This document shows positions 28,639 through 37,030 of a stretch of 40,339 bases of DNA, in pieces. The number at the start of each line of letters is the position of its first letter. Positions within the stretch are counted from its first letter, which is position 1. The stretch lies in IMG/VR virus record IMGVR_UViG_3300025160_000012, positions 1 through 40,339 of that record, one strand, 5' to 3'. Made by a program: the position numbers and the translations under genes. The notes below the pieces were generated by a model. The model was not told the origin of the DNA, made no database searches, and saw nothing but the letters and a program-made list of their open reading frames with translations. Origin of the DNA: a virus (taxonomy: Duplodnaviria; Caudoviricetes).

Positions 28639-30248
28639 CCCGTCACCTCCACCACGCGCGCGACCCTGCCCTCCTCGTCCCGCTCCACCGTCTTGACCAC
28701 CGTCGTCGGCGCTGGCGGGCCGTGGGGGCGGAAGTTCACTTTGCAGCGCCCGCAGAACAGCTCGGGGTTGCCCTCCACGTCCTTCGCGATCAGCTTCCCG
28801 CACTCGTGGCGCACCTCGTCGAGCACGTCGCTCTGCCGCTCCGTGCGCTCCGGTATCTGCGCGGGCGCCGCGGCGGCTGGCTCCGGCTCCGGCAACTCCG
28901 GCAACTCTCCCACCTCACGCACCTTCACCGGCACGGATGTGGTGGGCAGGAAGAAGACGCCCTCCCGCGGCTTCGGGTCGAGGCCGATCGCCTCGCGCAC
29001 CTCTTGCCACGACTCAGCGCCGGCCGCGAGGTTCTTCCGATGGCGCTCCTGGACCTTGTCGACGTCCTCCTGCAGCGCCCGGATGTCGGAGAGGTCGAAC
29101 AGCACCTCGTCGATGCCGTTGAAGTCGGGCACGAGCTGCAGGTTGAGCGCGTCGTCCAGGTCGGACAGCAGCGGCGTCATCGTCAGGTCCCAGAAGACCT
29201 GCCAGTCCTGGCGCTTGTTCGCGTAGCTCGACGACTCATAGCCGATCAGCAGGCCGAGGATCGAGCCGGGGATGCCGAACGCCATCGCGATCCGCGCCTC
29301 CTGCATCGCGTCCAGCTCCTTCGGCAGCGCGTCGCGTAGGCCGCGGTTGAGGCCGAGCTGCTGGTAGGTCGATTCCGCCTGGTCCAGCACGAGCATCTCA
29401 TGGAACCCCTGCGGCCCGCCCAGCTGCGTCTTCATCCGCTCCCGGATCTCGTCCTTCGCTTCCTGCGCGAGCTTCTGCTTGATCGACAGGATCGAGCCGG
29501 GGCCGGTCCCGCCGCGCTCGAAGAACGTGCGGAGGAAGGTCTTCATGTAGTCGTCGATGTCGACGCGGCTCGCGATCGCCATCAGCGGCGGCATGCCGTA
29601 GTAGTCGTTGAGCGGGTGGCGGGTCTTGAAGTGGATGATGTCGTTGGGCGCGAATATCTGCTTGTCCGAGCCGGCCGTATACTCGTAGCCGGCGATGAAC
29701 TTCGCCGCGTCGGGGACGACGCGCACGCGGTCCGGGCGCAGCCGCCACAGCTCCGCGATCGTGCCGCGCAGCGGGCCGTTCTGCACGCGCGCCTTCAGCA
29801 GGTAGGAGTTGCCGGCAAGGGCGCGGTCCATCACGACCGTCCCCCACAGCTGCCCGCGGCTCAGCCACGGGTTGGGCGCGGCGAGCAGTCGCACGGCAGG
29901 GTGGGCCGGCACGTCTTTGAAGAAGCCCGCCTCGATCAGCCGCGCCTTCACGTCCTGCCGCGACAGGCCGCGCGTCAGCAACCGCTGCTCCTCGTTGCGG
30001 ATCTCCGGGCTGTTGCGCTGCCAGCGCCGGCCGACGATGTGCGGCTCGCCCGCCGACGTCGCCAGCATCTCGATCGCCGCGAAGACGATCTCGTTGTGCA
30101 TGTAGGCGCGGGAGTAGCCGAGGTAGCCCTGCTGCGGCGAGATGCCCCACTGGCCGCTGATGGGGACGGTGATGGGCGGCCTGGGGCCCGCCGCGGCAGC
30201 CGCTGTGGCGGCCCGGAGGGCGGCGGCGAGCGGGGCGAAGAGCTTCAC
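28635..30248 (-). CDS. HK97-family portal protein with C-terminal zinc-ribbon extension
   Basis: PNPWLS...GNSY...LWRLRPDRV...IIHFK...YYGMPP...IAMAFGIP; AGGAGAGG SD plus GTG at 30248 (30269 is an alternative). Confidence 0.95.
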   Translation of the reverse strand: MKLFAPLAAALRAATAAAAAGPRPPITVPISGQWGISPQQGYLGYSRAYMHNEIVFAAIEMLATSAGEPHIVGRRWQRNSPEIRNEEQRLLTRGLSRQDVKARLIEAGFFKDVPAHPAVRLLAAPNPWLSRGQLWGTVVMDRALAGNSYLLKARVQNGPLRGTIAELWRLRPDRVRVVPDAAKFIAGYEYTAGSDKQIFAPNDIIHFKTRHPLNDYYGMPPLMAIASRVDIDDYMKTFLRTFFERGGTGPGSILSIKQKLAQEAKDEIRERMKTQLGGPQGFHEMLVLDQAESTYQQLGLNRGLRDALPKELDAMQEARIAMAFGIPGSILGLLIGYESSSYANKRQDWQVFWDLTMTPLLSDLDDALNLQLVPDFNGIDEVLFDLSDIRALQEDVDKVQERHRKNLAAGAESWQEVREAIGLDPKPREGVFFLPTTSVPVKVREVGELPELPEPEPAAAAPAQIPERTERQSDVLDEVRHECGKLIAKDVEGNPELFCGRCKVNFRPHGPPAPTTVVKTVERDEEGRVARVVEVTG

Positions 30249-30505
30249 GCGCCGAACCTCTCCTGACACCTCATGGCGATGTTCTCCGCCAGTCGCCCTC
30301 GCACGAAATCTAGACGATCGGCGAAGAGCTCTTTGGTGATCTCAGCGCGAGCATAGCACCAGTCACCCTCGATCTTCACAGCCATAGTGAAGGCGCCGTC
30401 AAAGTTAGTGCCGGAAACGAATGGTTCCCAGATCTCCAGGTACCCACTGCCGCGCTCCAGATAAACAGCGGAGGGGTTACTGACGATCTTGGCGAACGAC
30501 TTCAT
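30245..30505 (-). CDS. hypothetical protein
   Basis: ATGA and GTGA overlaps at both ends. Confidence 0.6.
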   Translation of the reverse strand: MKSFAKIVSNPSAVYLERGSGYLEIWEPFVSGTNFDGAFTMAVKIEGDWCYARAEITKELFADRLDFVRGRLAENIAMRCQERFGA

Positions 30506-30699
30506 GCCGACACCCACGCCGTGCGAAGGCTCACGCCATAATCGATCTTGCCCTGATCGCTCATCTTCTGCATCTTGGCGAGGATGAGCTTGGGCGGGTA
30601 CTTGTCTGCTAGCACGATATCGGGCGCAGGTGCGCCGCGTTTGTGGAAGGCATCGCAGGCCGCCAATATCTCGGCGTCGGGAATGTCTGCGATTTTCAC
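30502..30699 (-). CDS. small hypothetical phage protein (possible winged helix)
   Basis: GAGG SD plus GTG; DIPDAEIL...PPKLILAKM. Confidence 0.7.
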   Translation of the reverse strand: MKIADIPDAEILAACDAFHKRGAPAPDIVLADKYPPKLILAKMQKMSDQGKIDYGVSLRTAWVSA

Positions 30700-30733
30700 A
30701 GTCGCCTCTTACTGAGTACCCTGACCCGCCGGT

Positions 30734-30820
30734 TCACGCGCCTCGCCTTTTGCTGAGCGCCCTGACGCGCGCGTTCACGCGCCAGCGATAGAGCAGGTCG
30801 GCTAGCCATCTCAGGAACAT
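30734..30820 (-). CDS. 28-aa cationic amphipathic peptide MFLRWLADLLYRWRVNARVRALSKRRGA
   Basis: AAGGAGGTG SD 4 nt before ATG; fills the intergenic gap. Confidence 0.6.
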   Translation of the reverse strand: MFLRWLADLLYRWRVNARVRALSKRRGA

Positions 30821-30849
30821 TCTACACCTCCTTCTCGGATAATGCACCA

Positions 30850-31257
30850 TCAGCCCGCCGCGATGAACAGCTGCCGCACATCGGCGAACATGCGGTGGAA
30901 GCAACCGGCTGGATCGGCGTCGTATTCCTCATCCGACGCGGCTGGGTTGACGCACCATGTCTCACGGAAGATGACGTGCCGGAGTTCTTCGCCGCTCACC
31001 CAGAGGGCGTGAACGTGTTCCATACCGGAGCAATCCGACCAATAGGCATGCTCGTGATCATAGATGTGACGGCAGCCCCAATGGTAGTTGACGCGGCCCA
31101 GCAGCGCGGGCAGGCGACCGCCCGCGAATCGGATTTCGTCAATTTCCAGATGGACGGGCAGCTGCCGAAATACTGCGATCGTCACAGCTCGACCCTCAGC
31201 GCGAAGCACTTCCAGTGAGGCTGTGGCGATGCCAATCGACAGGTCCTTTATCATCAC
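30850..31257 (-). CDS. hypothetical protein
   Basis: 135 aa; GTGA overlap; globular composition. Confidence 0.65.
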   Translation of the reverse strand: MMIKDLSIGIATASLEVLRAEGRAVTIAVFRQLPVHLEIDEIRFAGGRLPALLGRVNYHWGCRHIYDHEHAYWSDCSGMEHVHALWVSGEELRHVIFRETWCVNPAASDEEYDADPAGCFHRMFADVRQLFIAAG

Positions 31258-31538
31258 GCCCTACTACTTCCCCCGCGCGGCCTCCGCGGCCTGCGCGGAC
31301 GCTTGGGTGGGCGCCGCTTCGCCGCCCTGCGCTGCTCGCGGTTCGTGCCGGGCGGATGCTTCGGGCGCGGACGCGGGCCGGGGCGGCGCGCCATCTTGTC
31401 GCGCAGGCGTTCGCGCCCACCCCCGATGCGCTGGATGTCGCGCGAGGCGCGATCGAGCGCCATGATGATGAGCTGGAGTTCGGCCTGGGTGGCGCACCCC
31501 GGCGTGCGTTGCGGTTCGTCGTTCTTAGGCTTCCCCAT
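31254..31538 (-). CDS. small protein containing a copy of the tape-measure N-terminus plus an Arg/Pro-rich tail
   Basis: AAAGGAGG SD plus ATG at 31538; QAELQLIIMALDRASRDIQRIGGG is 23/24 identical to tape measure residues 4-27. Confidence 0.75.
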   Translation of the reverse strand: MGKPKNDEPQRTPGCATQAELQLIIMALDRASRDIQRIGGGRERLRDKMARRPGPRPRPKHPPGTNREQRRAAKRRPPKRPRRPRRPRGGSSRA

Positions 31539-31797
31539 CGGGTACGTGCCCTCCTTTCTCCCGAATTGCACGGTGGAGCTGCTCGTGAAGCGCGCGGGCG
31601 TCGTCCTCCGACATCGCCTCGATCGTCTCGCCGGGGCGCAGGTGCACGATCAGGCCCTGGTAGCCGTTCGCCAGCAGCCGGTCGGCAAGCGTTTGCAGCG
31701 CGGCTGGATCAGCGCCGTGGGAGCGGATCACGAGCAGCGCCGCCTTCGACGTGTCGATCGTCTTGGCGAGCATGCGGTCCGTCTGGTTCGCCGCCAT
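31525..31797 (-). CDS. hypothetical protein
   Basis: GGAGG SD plus ATG; 90 aa. Confidence 0.65.
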   Translation of the reverse strand: MAANQTDRMLAKTIDTSKAALLVIRSHGADPAALQTLADRLLANGYQGLIVHLRPGETIEAMSEDDARALHEQLHRAIREKGGHVPDGEA

Positions 31798-31801
31798 CCC
31801 T

Positions 31802-31945
31802 CTATAGCCCTCCCAGCATCCTGAACACGGTCCAGGCCAGCCCCGCCGCCGCCGCGAGCGCCAGGAGGATGAGGAGCAGGCCCAGCACCCACACGACAAC
31901 GTAGGCCGCGATCTTCACGTCCTCGGCGTCGATGAAGTCAGACAT
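31802..31945 (-). CDS. small membrane protein
   Basis: 47 aa with a hydrophobic stretch of about 30 residues. Confidence 0.65.
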   Translation of the reverse strand: MSDFIDAEDVKIAAYVVVWVLGLLLILLALAAAAGLAWTVFRMLGGL

Positions 31946-32162
31946 GCAATCTCTCGATCCGCGCTCTGATAGTCGGGGCGAAATGATCAACGAAAAGGCG
32001 GCATTCAGCATCAGATGCAAATTGATAATCACAGCACGCGTCCACTATGACCTGGGCGAATGTGCGGGCCAACTCTGCGCTGAGGCCTTGGGCGTCCCAG
32101 CAAGCGCTGTTCAGCGCATCCCACGCCTTCTCGATAGTTTGTTGAGTAGGTGCTTCAGACAA
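31938..32162 (-). CDS. hypothetical protein
   Basis: 74 aa, overlaps both neighbours by 8 nt. Confidence 0.55.
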   Translation of the reverse strand: MSEAPTQQTIEKAWDALNSACWDAQGLSAELARTFAQVIVDACCDYQFASDAECRLFVDHFAPTIRARIERLHV

Positions 32163-33804
32163 ACATCGCCCCCGCTTCCTGGCTCTCCAGCGCGCCCGAC
32201 GCGATCGCGTCCTGCGCCGCCTGCCACGAAAGATCGCCCGCCACCGCCGCGTCGATCTTGAGCGGCGAATCCTGCCGCTCCTTCTGGATGATGTAGAGCA
32301 GCTCGTTGTCGTCGTCGCGGATGTTCAGCATGTGCTTGTGCGCGTTCGCGATCGCGGCGACGAAGCGCGGGTCGCCGTCGTGCGACAGGTCGCCGGCGTC
32401 GATCGCCGCACGGTACTGCTGCAGCGACACCGCCATCTTCCGGTAGAGCGTCGTCGACCACGAGACGACGCGCGTCTCGCCGAACTGCCCCGCCCACTTC
32501 GCCAGGTAGGTGCCCCACTTGTAGGGGTCGGCGTACATCCGCCAGACGTTCCAGCGCTCGAACGCCGCCTGCACCATCTGGTCGACCGCGGCGAAGTCGA
32601 TCTGCGGATCGCCGTTCGGCAGCCGCTCCGGCTCCCAGTAGCCGGCCACCCATTGGTAGCCAGTCGCCACCTCCGTCCCGATGAGCGCGGTGTGGTCGCG
32701 GGTGAGCGAGCCGTCGAAGCCAAGCGTGATGAGCTCGCCGGCCGCGACGTGGTAGCCGGGCCGCACGAGCGCCTCGAAGCGGTGCCGGTCGAACGGCTTG
32801 TCCTCCTCCGCGACGATCTGGTTGAGATAGAACCGCCTAGCCATCGCCGGCGTCGTGCGCGGGTCGCGGATCTCGGCCAGCAGCCGGTCCGGCGAGACCC
32901 AGTAGGAGTCGCCGCGGCACGCCTCGATAGCGGCCAGCACGGCGGCGTCGACGGCCAGGTCGGTCTCGGGCGCCTCGAGCGAGTCGTAGAGGATGCCGGT
33001 CGCCGCCGACACGCCCTGCGCGATCTTCGTCCACGCCTCGTAGTCGTGCTCGGCGTCCGAGTCCTCGCCCGGCGCGTGCGCGTTCGAGATGGCCAGGACG
33101 CGGCTCGACCCGTCACGGCTCTTCGCCGCGTTGCGCGCGATCACTTTTGCCATCTCGTGGCCTTCGTTCGGCGCGAGCCAGTGGTGCGTCTCGTTCTTCA
33201 GGATGAATGTGGCGCGGCCACCCTCCAGCGCGCGCGGCGAGCTCGTCACCGCCTCGATGCGCTTGCGGCCGCGCTCGGCGTAGATGATCTCTTTGCCCAG
33301 GTCGATGCCGTACTCCTCAATTGCCTGACGCGAGAGGAGGCCGGGGAAGAGCGTCATCGTATTCCGCGTCTGGTCGCGCGACACGGCGGCGACCTGGACC
33401 CACGCGGCGTAGTGGGGCTGGGCCAGCGGCGTCTGGCCGGCGCTGGCCCAGCCGGCGAACCGGCACGGCCCGACGAACTCGACGCAGCAGAGCACCGCGC
33501 CGACCGGGTCCTTGCCCCAGCCCTTCATCCGCCGCAGCATGCCGTAGCGGTGGACGAACCGGCCCTCGGCGTCGACGGCGTACCAGTTGAGAATAAAACG
33601 CGCCTGCTCGTCCGTGAACACCCACGGCTCGCCGGCGGTTGGGCCGTCGGGCTGCTGTAGATATTCGCGCGTCCAGCCGAGGATCTCCCAACCGAGCGTG
33701 CAGTCCGGGATGGCGTCAGGCCCGATGCGGATGCCCGACGGCTTGGGCCGGGTGGGGGCTGCCCGCCGCACGCGCTTCGGGGTCTTCGCGGGACTGGTGG
33801 CCAT
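32155..33804 (-). CDS. terL: terminase large subunit (actinophage-like)
   Basis: FTDEQ, RRMKGWGKDP Walker A, ILKNETHHW Walker B, LGFDGS nuclease, KIDAAVA. Confidence 0.95.
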   Translation of the reverse strand: MATSPAKTPKRVRRAAPTRPKPSGIRIGPDAIPDCTLGWEILGWTREYLQQPDGPTAGEPWVFTDEQARFILNWYAVDAEGRFVHRYGMLRRMKGWGKDPVGAVLCCVEFVGPCRFAGWASAGQTPLAQPHYAAWVQVAAVSRDQTRNTMTLFPGLLSRQAIEEYGIDLGKEIIYAERGRKRIEAVTSSPRALEGGRATFILKNETHHWLAPNEGHEMAKVIARNAAKSRDGSSRVLAISNAHAPGEDSDAEHDYEAWTKIAQGVSAATGILYDSLEAPETDLAVDAAVLAAIEACRGDSYWVSPDRLLAEIRDPRTTPAMARRFYLNQIVAEEDKPFDRHRFEALVRPGYHVAAGELITLGFDGSLTRDHTALIGTEVATGYQWVAGYWEPERLPNGDPQIDFAAVDQMVQAAFERWNVWRMYADPYKWGTYLAKWAGQFGETRVVSWSTTLYRKMAVSLQQYRAAIDAGDLSHDGDPRFVAAIANAHKHMLNIRDDDNELLYIIQKERQDSPLKIDAAVAGDLSWQAAQDAIASGALESQEAGAMFV

Positions 33805-34334
33805 CACTGGCCTTCGCTCCTCGTGCGCCGGCGCTTCTTCGCGCGCGCTTTGGGCCGTGCCGCGCGGCGGGCTCGCGCAACCGTGGGCGGCATAGCGGCG
33901 GCGGGCACCATCACCAGGCGCTGCCTGTACTCCTCGATCGCGACCACGCCTGGGCGCTCCTCGTCCGGCGCAGGCGGCGCGTACCTGATGCGCAGGTCGC
34001 GCCGCGCGTCCAGCGTCGTCCCCATCACCTTCTCCCGCTGCCGGAGCTCCGTCGCCGCCTTCATGTCGCCGCGGTGGAACTCCGCCGAGATGTAGGCGGT
34101 GTCGATCGCGAAGGCCCAGTCCTCTTGGCCCCACAGCGCGCAGTGCGGCATCGTGGAGATGGCCGCCCACCAGCGGCGCGTCTGCGTCGGCCACGACGGC
34201 TGGCCTGGTTGCGTTTTCGGGAGCGCGGGCCCGCCTGCGAAGCGGACGTCGGGCACCTCGAGCCAGTCGTGCACCGGCTTGACCCGGTGCCGGATCGGCT
34301 CGCCCTGGTTTGGCTTCCTACCGGCCGCCGGCAT
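33804..34334 (-). CDS. terS: terminase small subunit
   Basis: GRKP...WPTQTRRWW...DW...ELRQREKVMGTTLDARRDLRI; coupled to terL. Confidence 0.85.
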   Translation of the reverse strand: MPAAGRKPNQGEPIRHRVKPVHDWLEVPDVRFAGGPALPKTQPGQPSWPTQTRRWWAAISTMPHCALWGQEDWAFAIDTAYISAEFHRGDMKAATELRQREKVMGTTLDARRDLRIRYAPPAPDEERPGVVAIEEYRQRLVMVPAAAMPPTVARARRAARPKARAKKRRRTRSEGQ

Positions 34335-34437
34335 GGATACCCCCCGAGATGAATCTGGATTCTATACACAACCGGAGCCGGGCCCTTGGCGGTATACATC
34401 GATCATAAGGCCACAAAAAATGCTACCCCCCAGTGGG
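34335..34437. other. candidate cos/packaging site region
   Basis: Non-coding gap between HNH and terS with G-run and T-run; position typical of cos sites in HNH-terS-terL phages; exact cut site not identifiable. Confidence 0.45.
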
Positions 34438-34740
34438 TCACACCCGATCCCTGCTGGTCTTGCTGTTATGATGCCCGGCGCAAAGCGATTGCAGATTCGC
34501 CGACTCCCAGAAGAGCCGCTCATCGCCTCGATGCGGAACAATGTGGTCGACCGTTACAGCGAGGCGGCCGCATTGCCGGCAGAAGGGTTCGGCGCTGAGT
34601 TGCGCTCTGGCCAAGGCGCGCCACCGCCGCGTGTTGTAAAGCGTGGTGGATCGTCGCGCACTGGCGTAAGGTTTGCGTGGATGATCGACGCAGGGCCTCA
34701 CGTTCTTGCATCGTACGGAGGGGCAGATGCTAGCGCTCAC
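34438..34740 (-). CDS. packaging-associated HNH endonuclease (HK97 gp74-like)
   Basis: YNTRRWR...EPFCRQC...VDHIVPHRGD...NLQSLCAGHHNSKT; GTG overlaps the upstream TGA. Confidence 0.9.
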   Translation of the reverse strand: MSASICPSVRCKNVRPCVDHPRKPYASARRSTTLYNTRRWRALARAQLSAEPFCRQCGRLAVTVDHIVPHRGDERLFWESANLQSLCAGHHNSKTSRDRV

Positions 34741-35279
34741 GCGATTCGTCTCCCCAAGTTGTGGATCTCCGCGCCCGGCTCGTTGTCGAAGTCGAGCAGG
34801 TAGAGCGCGACGCCGGCGGCCAGCGTGGTCTTCCCGTTCTTGCGGGCGACCGAGACGTAGGCGGTTCGGAACCGGCGCAGCCCGGCCGACTCGCCAGCGT
34901 GGCCGCGTGAGCTGGCCCACTTCCAGCCGAACACGCAGCCCACCACGAACGACTGCCAGGGCCGCAGCTCGAGCGGCTTGCCGGCCCAGCGGCCCTTGCT
35001 CTGCCGGAGGTGGGAGAAGAAGGCGATCGCGTCGCTCGCCGCGTCCTCGTCGAACACCAGGCGCCGGCCGCCGGGACGCTGTGGCTTCCGCAGGTCGCGG
35101 AGGTGGCGCCGGCAGGCCAGCTTGACGAGCTGCCCGGCGACGATCTTCCCGTCCACCACGGCGCGGGCGTACGCCGTGACGGGGTGGAGCGGCCGCCCCG
35201 ACGCAGCCGGCGGCCTGGGGTGGCGGGGGCGGTGCCCCGATCGCGATCGGGGGGGCAGCGCCTTCGTCGCGAGCGTCAT
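34737..35279 (-). CDS. truncated second terminase large subunit (Terminase_1 N-terminal fragment; possibly a pseudogene)
   Basis: YARAVVDGKIVAG...ACRRHL...KGRWAGKPLELRPWQ...RRFRTAYVSVARKNGKT...EPGAEI then stop; 180 aa. Confidence 0.85.
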   Translation of the reverse strand: MTLATKALPPRSRSGHRPRHPRPPAASGRPLHPVTAYARAVVDGKIVAGQLVKLACRRHLRDLRKPQRPGGRRLVFDEDAASDAIAFFSHLRQSKGRWAGKPLELRPWQSFVVGCVFGWKWASSRGHAGESAGLRRFRTAYVSVARKNGKTTLAAGVALYLLDFDNEPGAEIHNLGRRIA

Positions 35280-36274
35280 GCTGCCGCCTTCGATCGCTTG
35301 CGGGTCCGCCGCCGCCGCCCGACGATGGCGCCCGCGCCGTTGCGCCGGACGTTGTTCGTCGCGTACCAGTCGGTCGTCCGGGGCGGGGTGCCCTTGTGCG
35401 TCCGCTTCGGCGCGCACAGCCACTCGCGCGCCGCCTCGACGGTCGCCGGGTCGATCTGCCAGTAGGGCCGGCCGGGCGGCCGCACGCCCTTCAGCCGGCC
35501 CGACCGTAGGGCGGTGTAGACCCGCGTCACCGGGCAGTTGAGCTCCTGCGCGACCGTCTGTCCGGTGTACCACCCGCGGGCGGTCCGCGCCGTCGTCCCC
35601 AGGTCGAACAGCCGCCGGCGGCATGCACCGTAGCTGCGGCCGAGGCGGCGGCCTATCTCCGCCAGCGTCAGTACGCCCGCGTTCTCAAGCAGAAAGTCGG
35701 TCTGCTGTCTCGACCAGCGCGCCTCGTTCCAGACCGGCTTGCCGTTGCCGTCCGACGGCCGCAGCCGTACGCCCGCGCGGATCAGCGCGCGCTGGAACAG
35801 CCCGCGCCCTTTCGTGCGAGCGAAGCGCTGCAGCAGCGGCGAGCGGGGGAGCGTCCAGCCGGCGCGCGCCAGCGCCCACCACTCGCGCGACTGCGGCACG
35901 TGCCCGAGGTGCCGGTATACGCGGCGCACCGCCTCGGCGATCCGGGCCTCCGTCCAGGACGTTCGGAGGTGTCGAGATCGAGCCCACTGCGGCCGTGCGC
36001 CGCATGCCGAAGCTTTCAGCTCATCATCGCTGGCCTCCTCCAGTGCGGCACGAGCAGCCTCCAGCCAGTCCCCCAACGGTGGACGCCAGAGGCCAGGGGC
36101 CTCAGCGCCCTTACGATAGGCTCGCCCTGCTACCCGTAGGCCTCCTTGTATTACCTCCCTGGCCGCGTCCCGCTCGCGCTTCAGGCGCTCTACCTGCTTC
36201 CGGTTCGCCTCCATCGTCGCGTCCACGTCACGGTTGAACTGCTCGCAGGTGGTGCCTCCTGGGTGAGGACTCAT
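35276..36274 (-). CDS. multi-HTH DNA-binding protein (candidate late regulator)
   Basis: WTEARIAEAV repeat-like module, LTLAEIGRRLGRSYGACRRR HTH, YTGQTVAQELNC...WQID excisionase/MerR-like HTH. Confidence 0.7.
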   Translation of the reverse strand: MSPHPGGTTCEQFNRDVDATMEANRKQVERLKRERDAAREVIQGGLRVAGRAYRKGAEAPGLWRPPLGDWLEAARAALEEASDDELKASACGARPQWARSRHLRTSWTEARIAEAVRRVYRHLGHVPQSREWWALARAGWTLPRSPLLQRFARTKGRGLFQRALIRAGVRLRPSDGNGKPVWNEARWSRQQTDFLLENAGVLTLAEIGRRLGRSYGACRRRLFDLGTTARTARGWYTGQTVAQELNCPVTRVYTALRSGRLKGVRPPGRPYWQIDPATVEAAREWLCAPKRTHKGTPPRTTDWYATNNVRRNGAGAIVGRRRRTRKRSKAAA

Positions 36275-36382
36275 CTCGTCTCCCCCCAGGCGTTTGCAGC
36301 CCATCACGCCACCGTCACCGCGCAGTCGTGCGGGACGCGGTCATGCTCCTCGAAGACCGTCATAGTTCGCCGTTCCTCCCCG

Positions 36383-37030
36383 TCATCTCGGCCAACACGA
36401 CCACTGCTCGCTCGGGACGGTGTGGTTGCTCCACCATGCGGTGTTGGCGCCCACGTGGTAGAGGTCCTCGGCGTTGCCCAGGCCAGTGGCCGCGCGGGCC
36501 GCGTCCCACGAGCTTGGCGCGAACTGTAGCGCCGACACGTGATAGCTGTCGCCGGAGCGCCAGGGCACGAGCAGCCCCGACGACTCGCCGTGTTTGCAGC
36601 CGTCGTGCATGTAGACGCCGCTGCCCATGGCGACGAAGATGCTCAGCCACTCCGGGCGCCCTCCGTAGTCGAGGTACCCGGCGCTGAAGGAGCCGATGCC
36701 ATCGGCGCTTTCAACCGGTCCACTTCCCACGACAGTAGATCGAGCCGCAGCCCCATCGTGTCGAGCGCCTTCGCGATCGATTCCAGTGTCGTCACCGTCT
36801 GCTCGTTCACCTCGTCCTGCCGCGTCCTGTACAGCGAGCGCCTCCAGGAAGCGGGCAGGTGCCATGCGATGAGCAGCGCCGACAGGAGGCCCAGAAGCAT
36901 CACCGCCGGCATGTGTAGATCGCTCAGGTCCATCAGCACCTCCTCCCACCAGACAGAGCGCCATCGTCACGGCGACGAGCGCAACACGCCCTCCCAGCCG
37001 GCGTAGGCGCTCTGTGGTGGGCCATCTCAG
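36383..37030 (-). CDS. secreted lytic transglycosylase/Rpf-like protein; probable CTG start
   Basis: GESSG...SALQFAPSSW...WSCW lysozyme-like motifs; basic plus hydrophobic signal at the N-terminus; GGAG plus CTG overlapping the upstream TGA. Confidence 0.65.
   Translation of the reverse strand: MRWPTTERLRRLGGRVALVAVTMALCLVGGGADGPERSTHAGGDASGPPVGAAHRMAPARFLEALAVQDAAGRGERADGDDTGIDREGARHDGAAARSTVVGSGPVESADGIGSFSAGYLDYGGRPEWLSIFVAMGSGVYMHDGCKHGESSGLLVPWRSGDSYHVSALQFAPSSWDAARAATGLGNAEDLYHVGANTAWWSNHTVPSEQWSCWPR
36643..36933 (-). CDS. nested out-of-frame membrane protein (TM plus coiled coil)
   Basis: GGAGGAGGTG SD plus ATG; AVMLLGLLSALLIAW TM; heptad LESIAKALDTMGLRLDLLSWEVDRLK. Confidence 0.65.
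   Translation of the reverse strand: MDLSDLHMPAVMLLGLLSALLIAWHLPASWRRSLYRTRQDEVNEQTVTTLESIAKALDTMGLRLDLLSWEVDRLKAPMASAPSAPGTSTTEGARSG

Noticed and set aside
16193-31487. TMP repeat pair as the template/variable repeats of a diversity-generating retroelement
   Set aside because: No reverse transcriptase in the window; mismatches are mostly synonymous and not adenine-specific; the target is an N-terminus.
36304-36363. 19-codon ORF MTVFEEHDRVPHDCAVTVA
   Set aside because: It has a possible SD and overlap but is too short to support as a gene.
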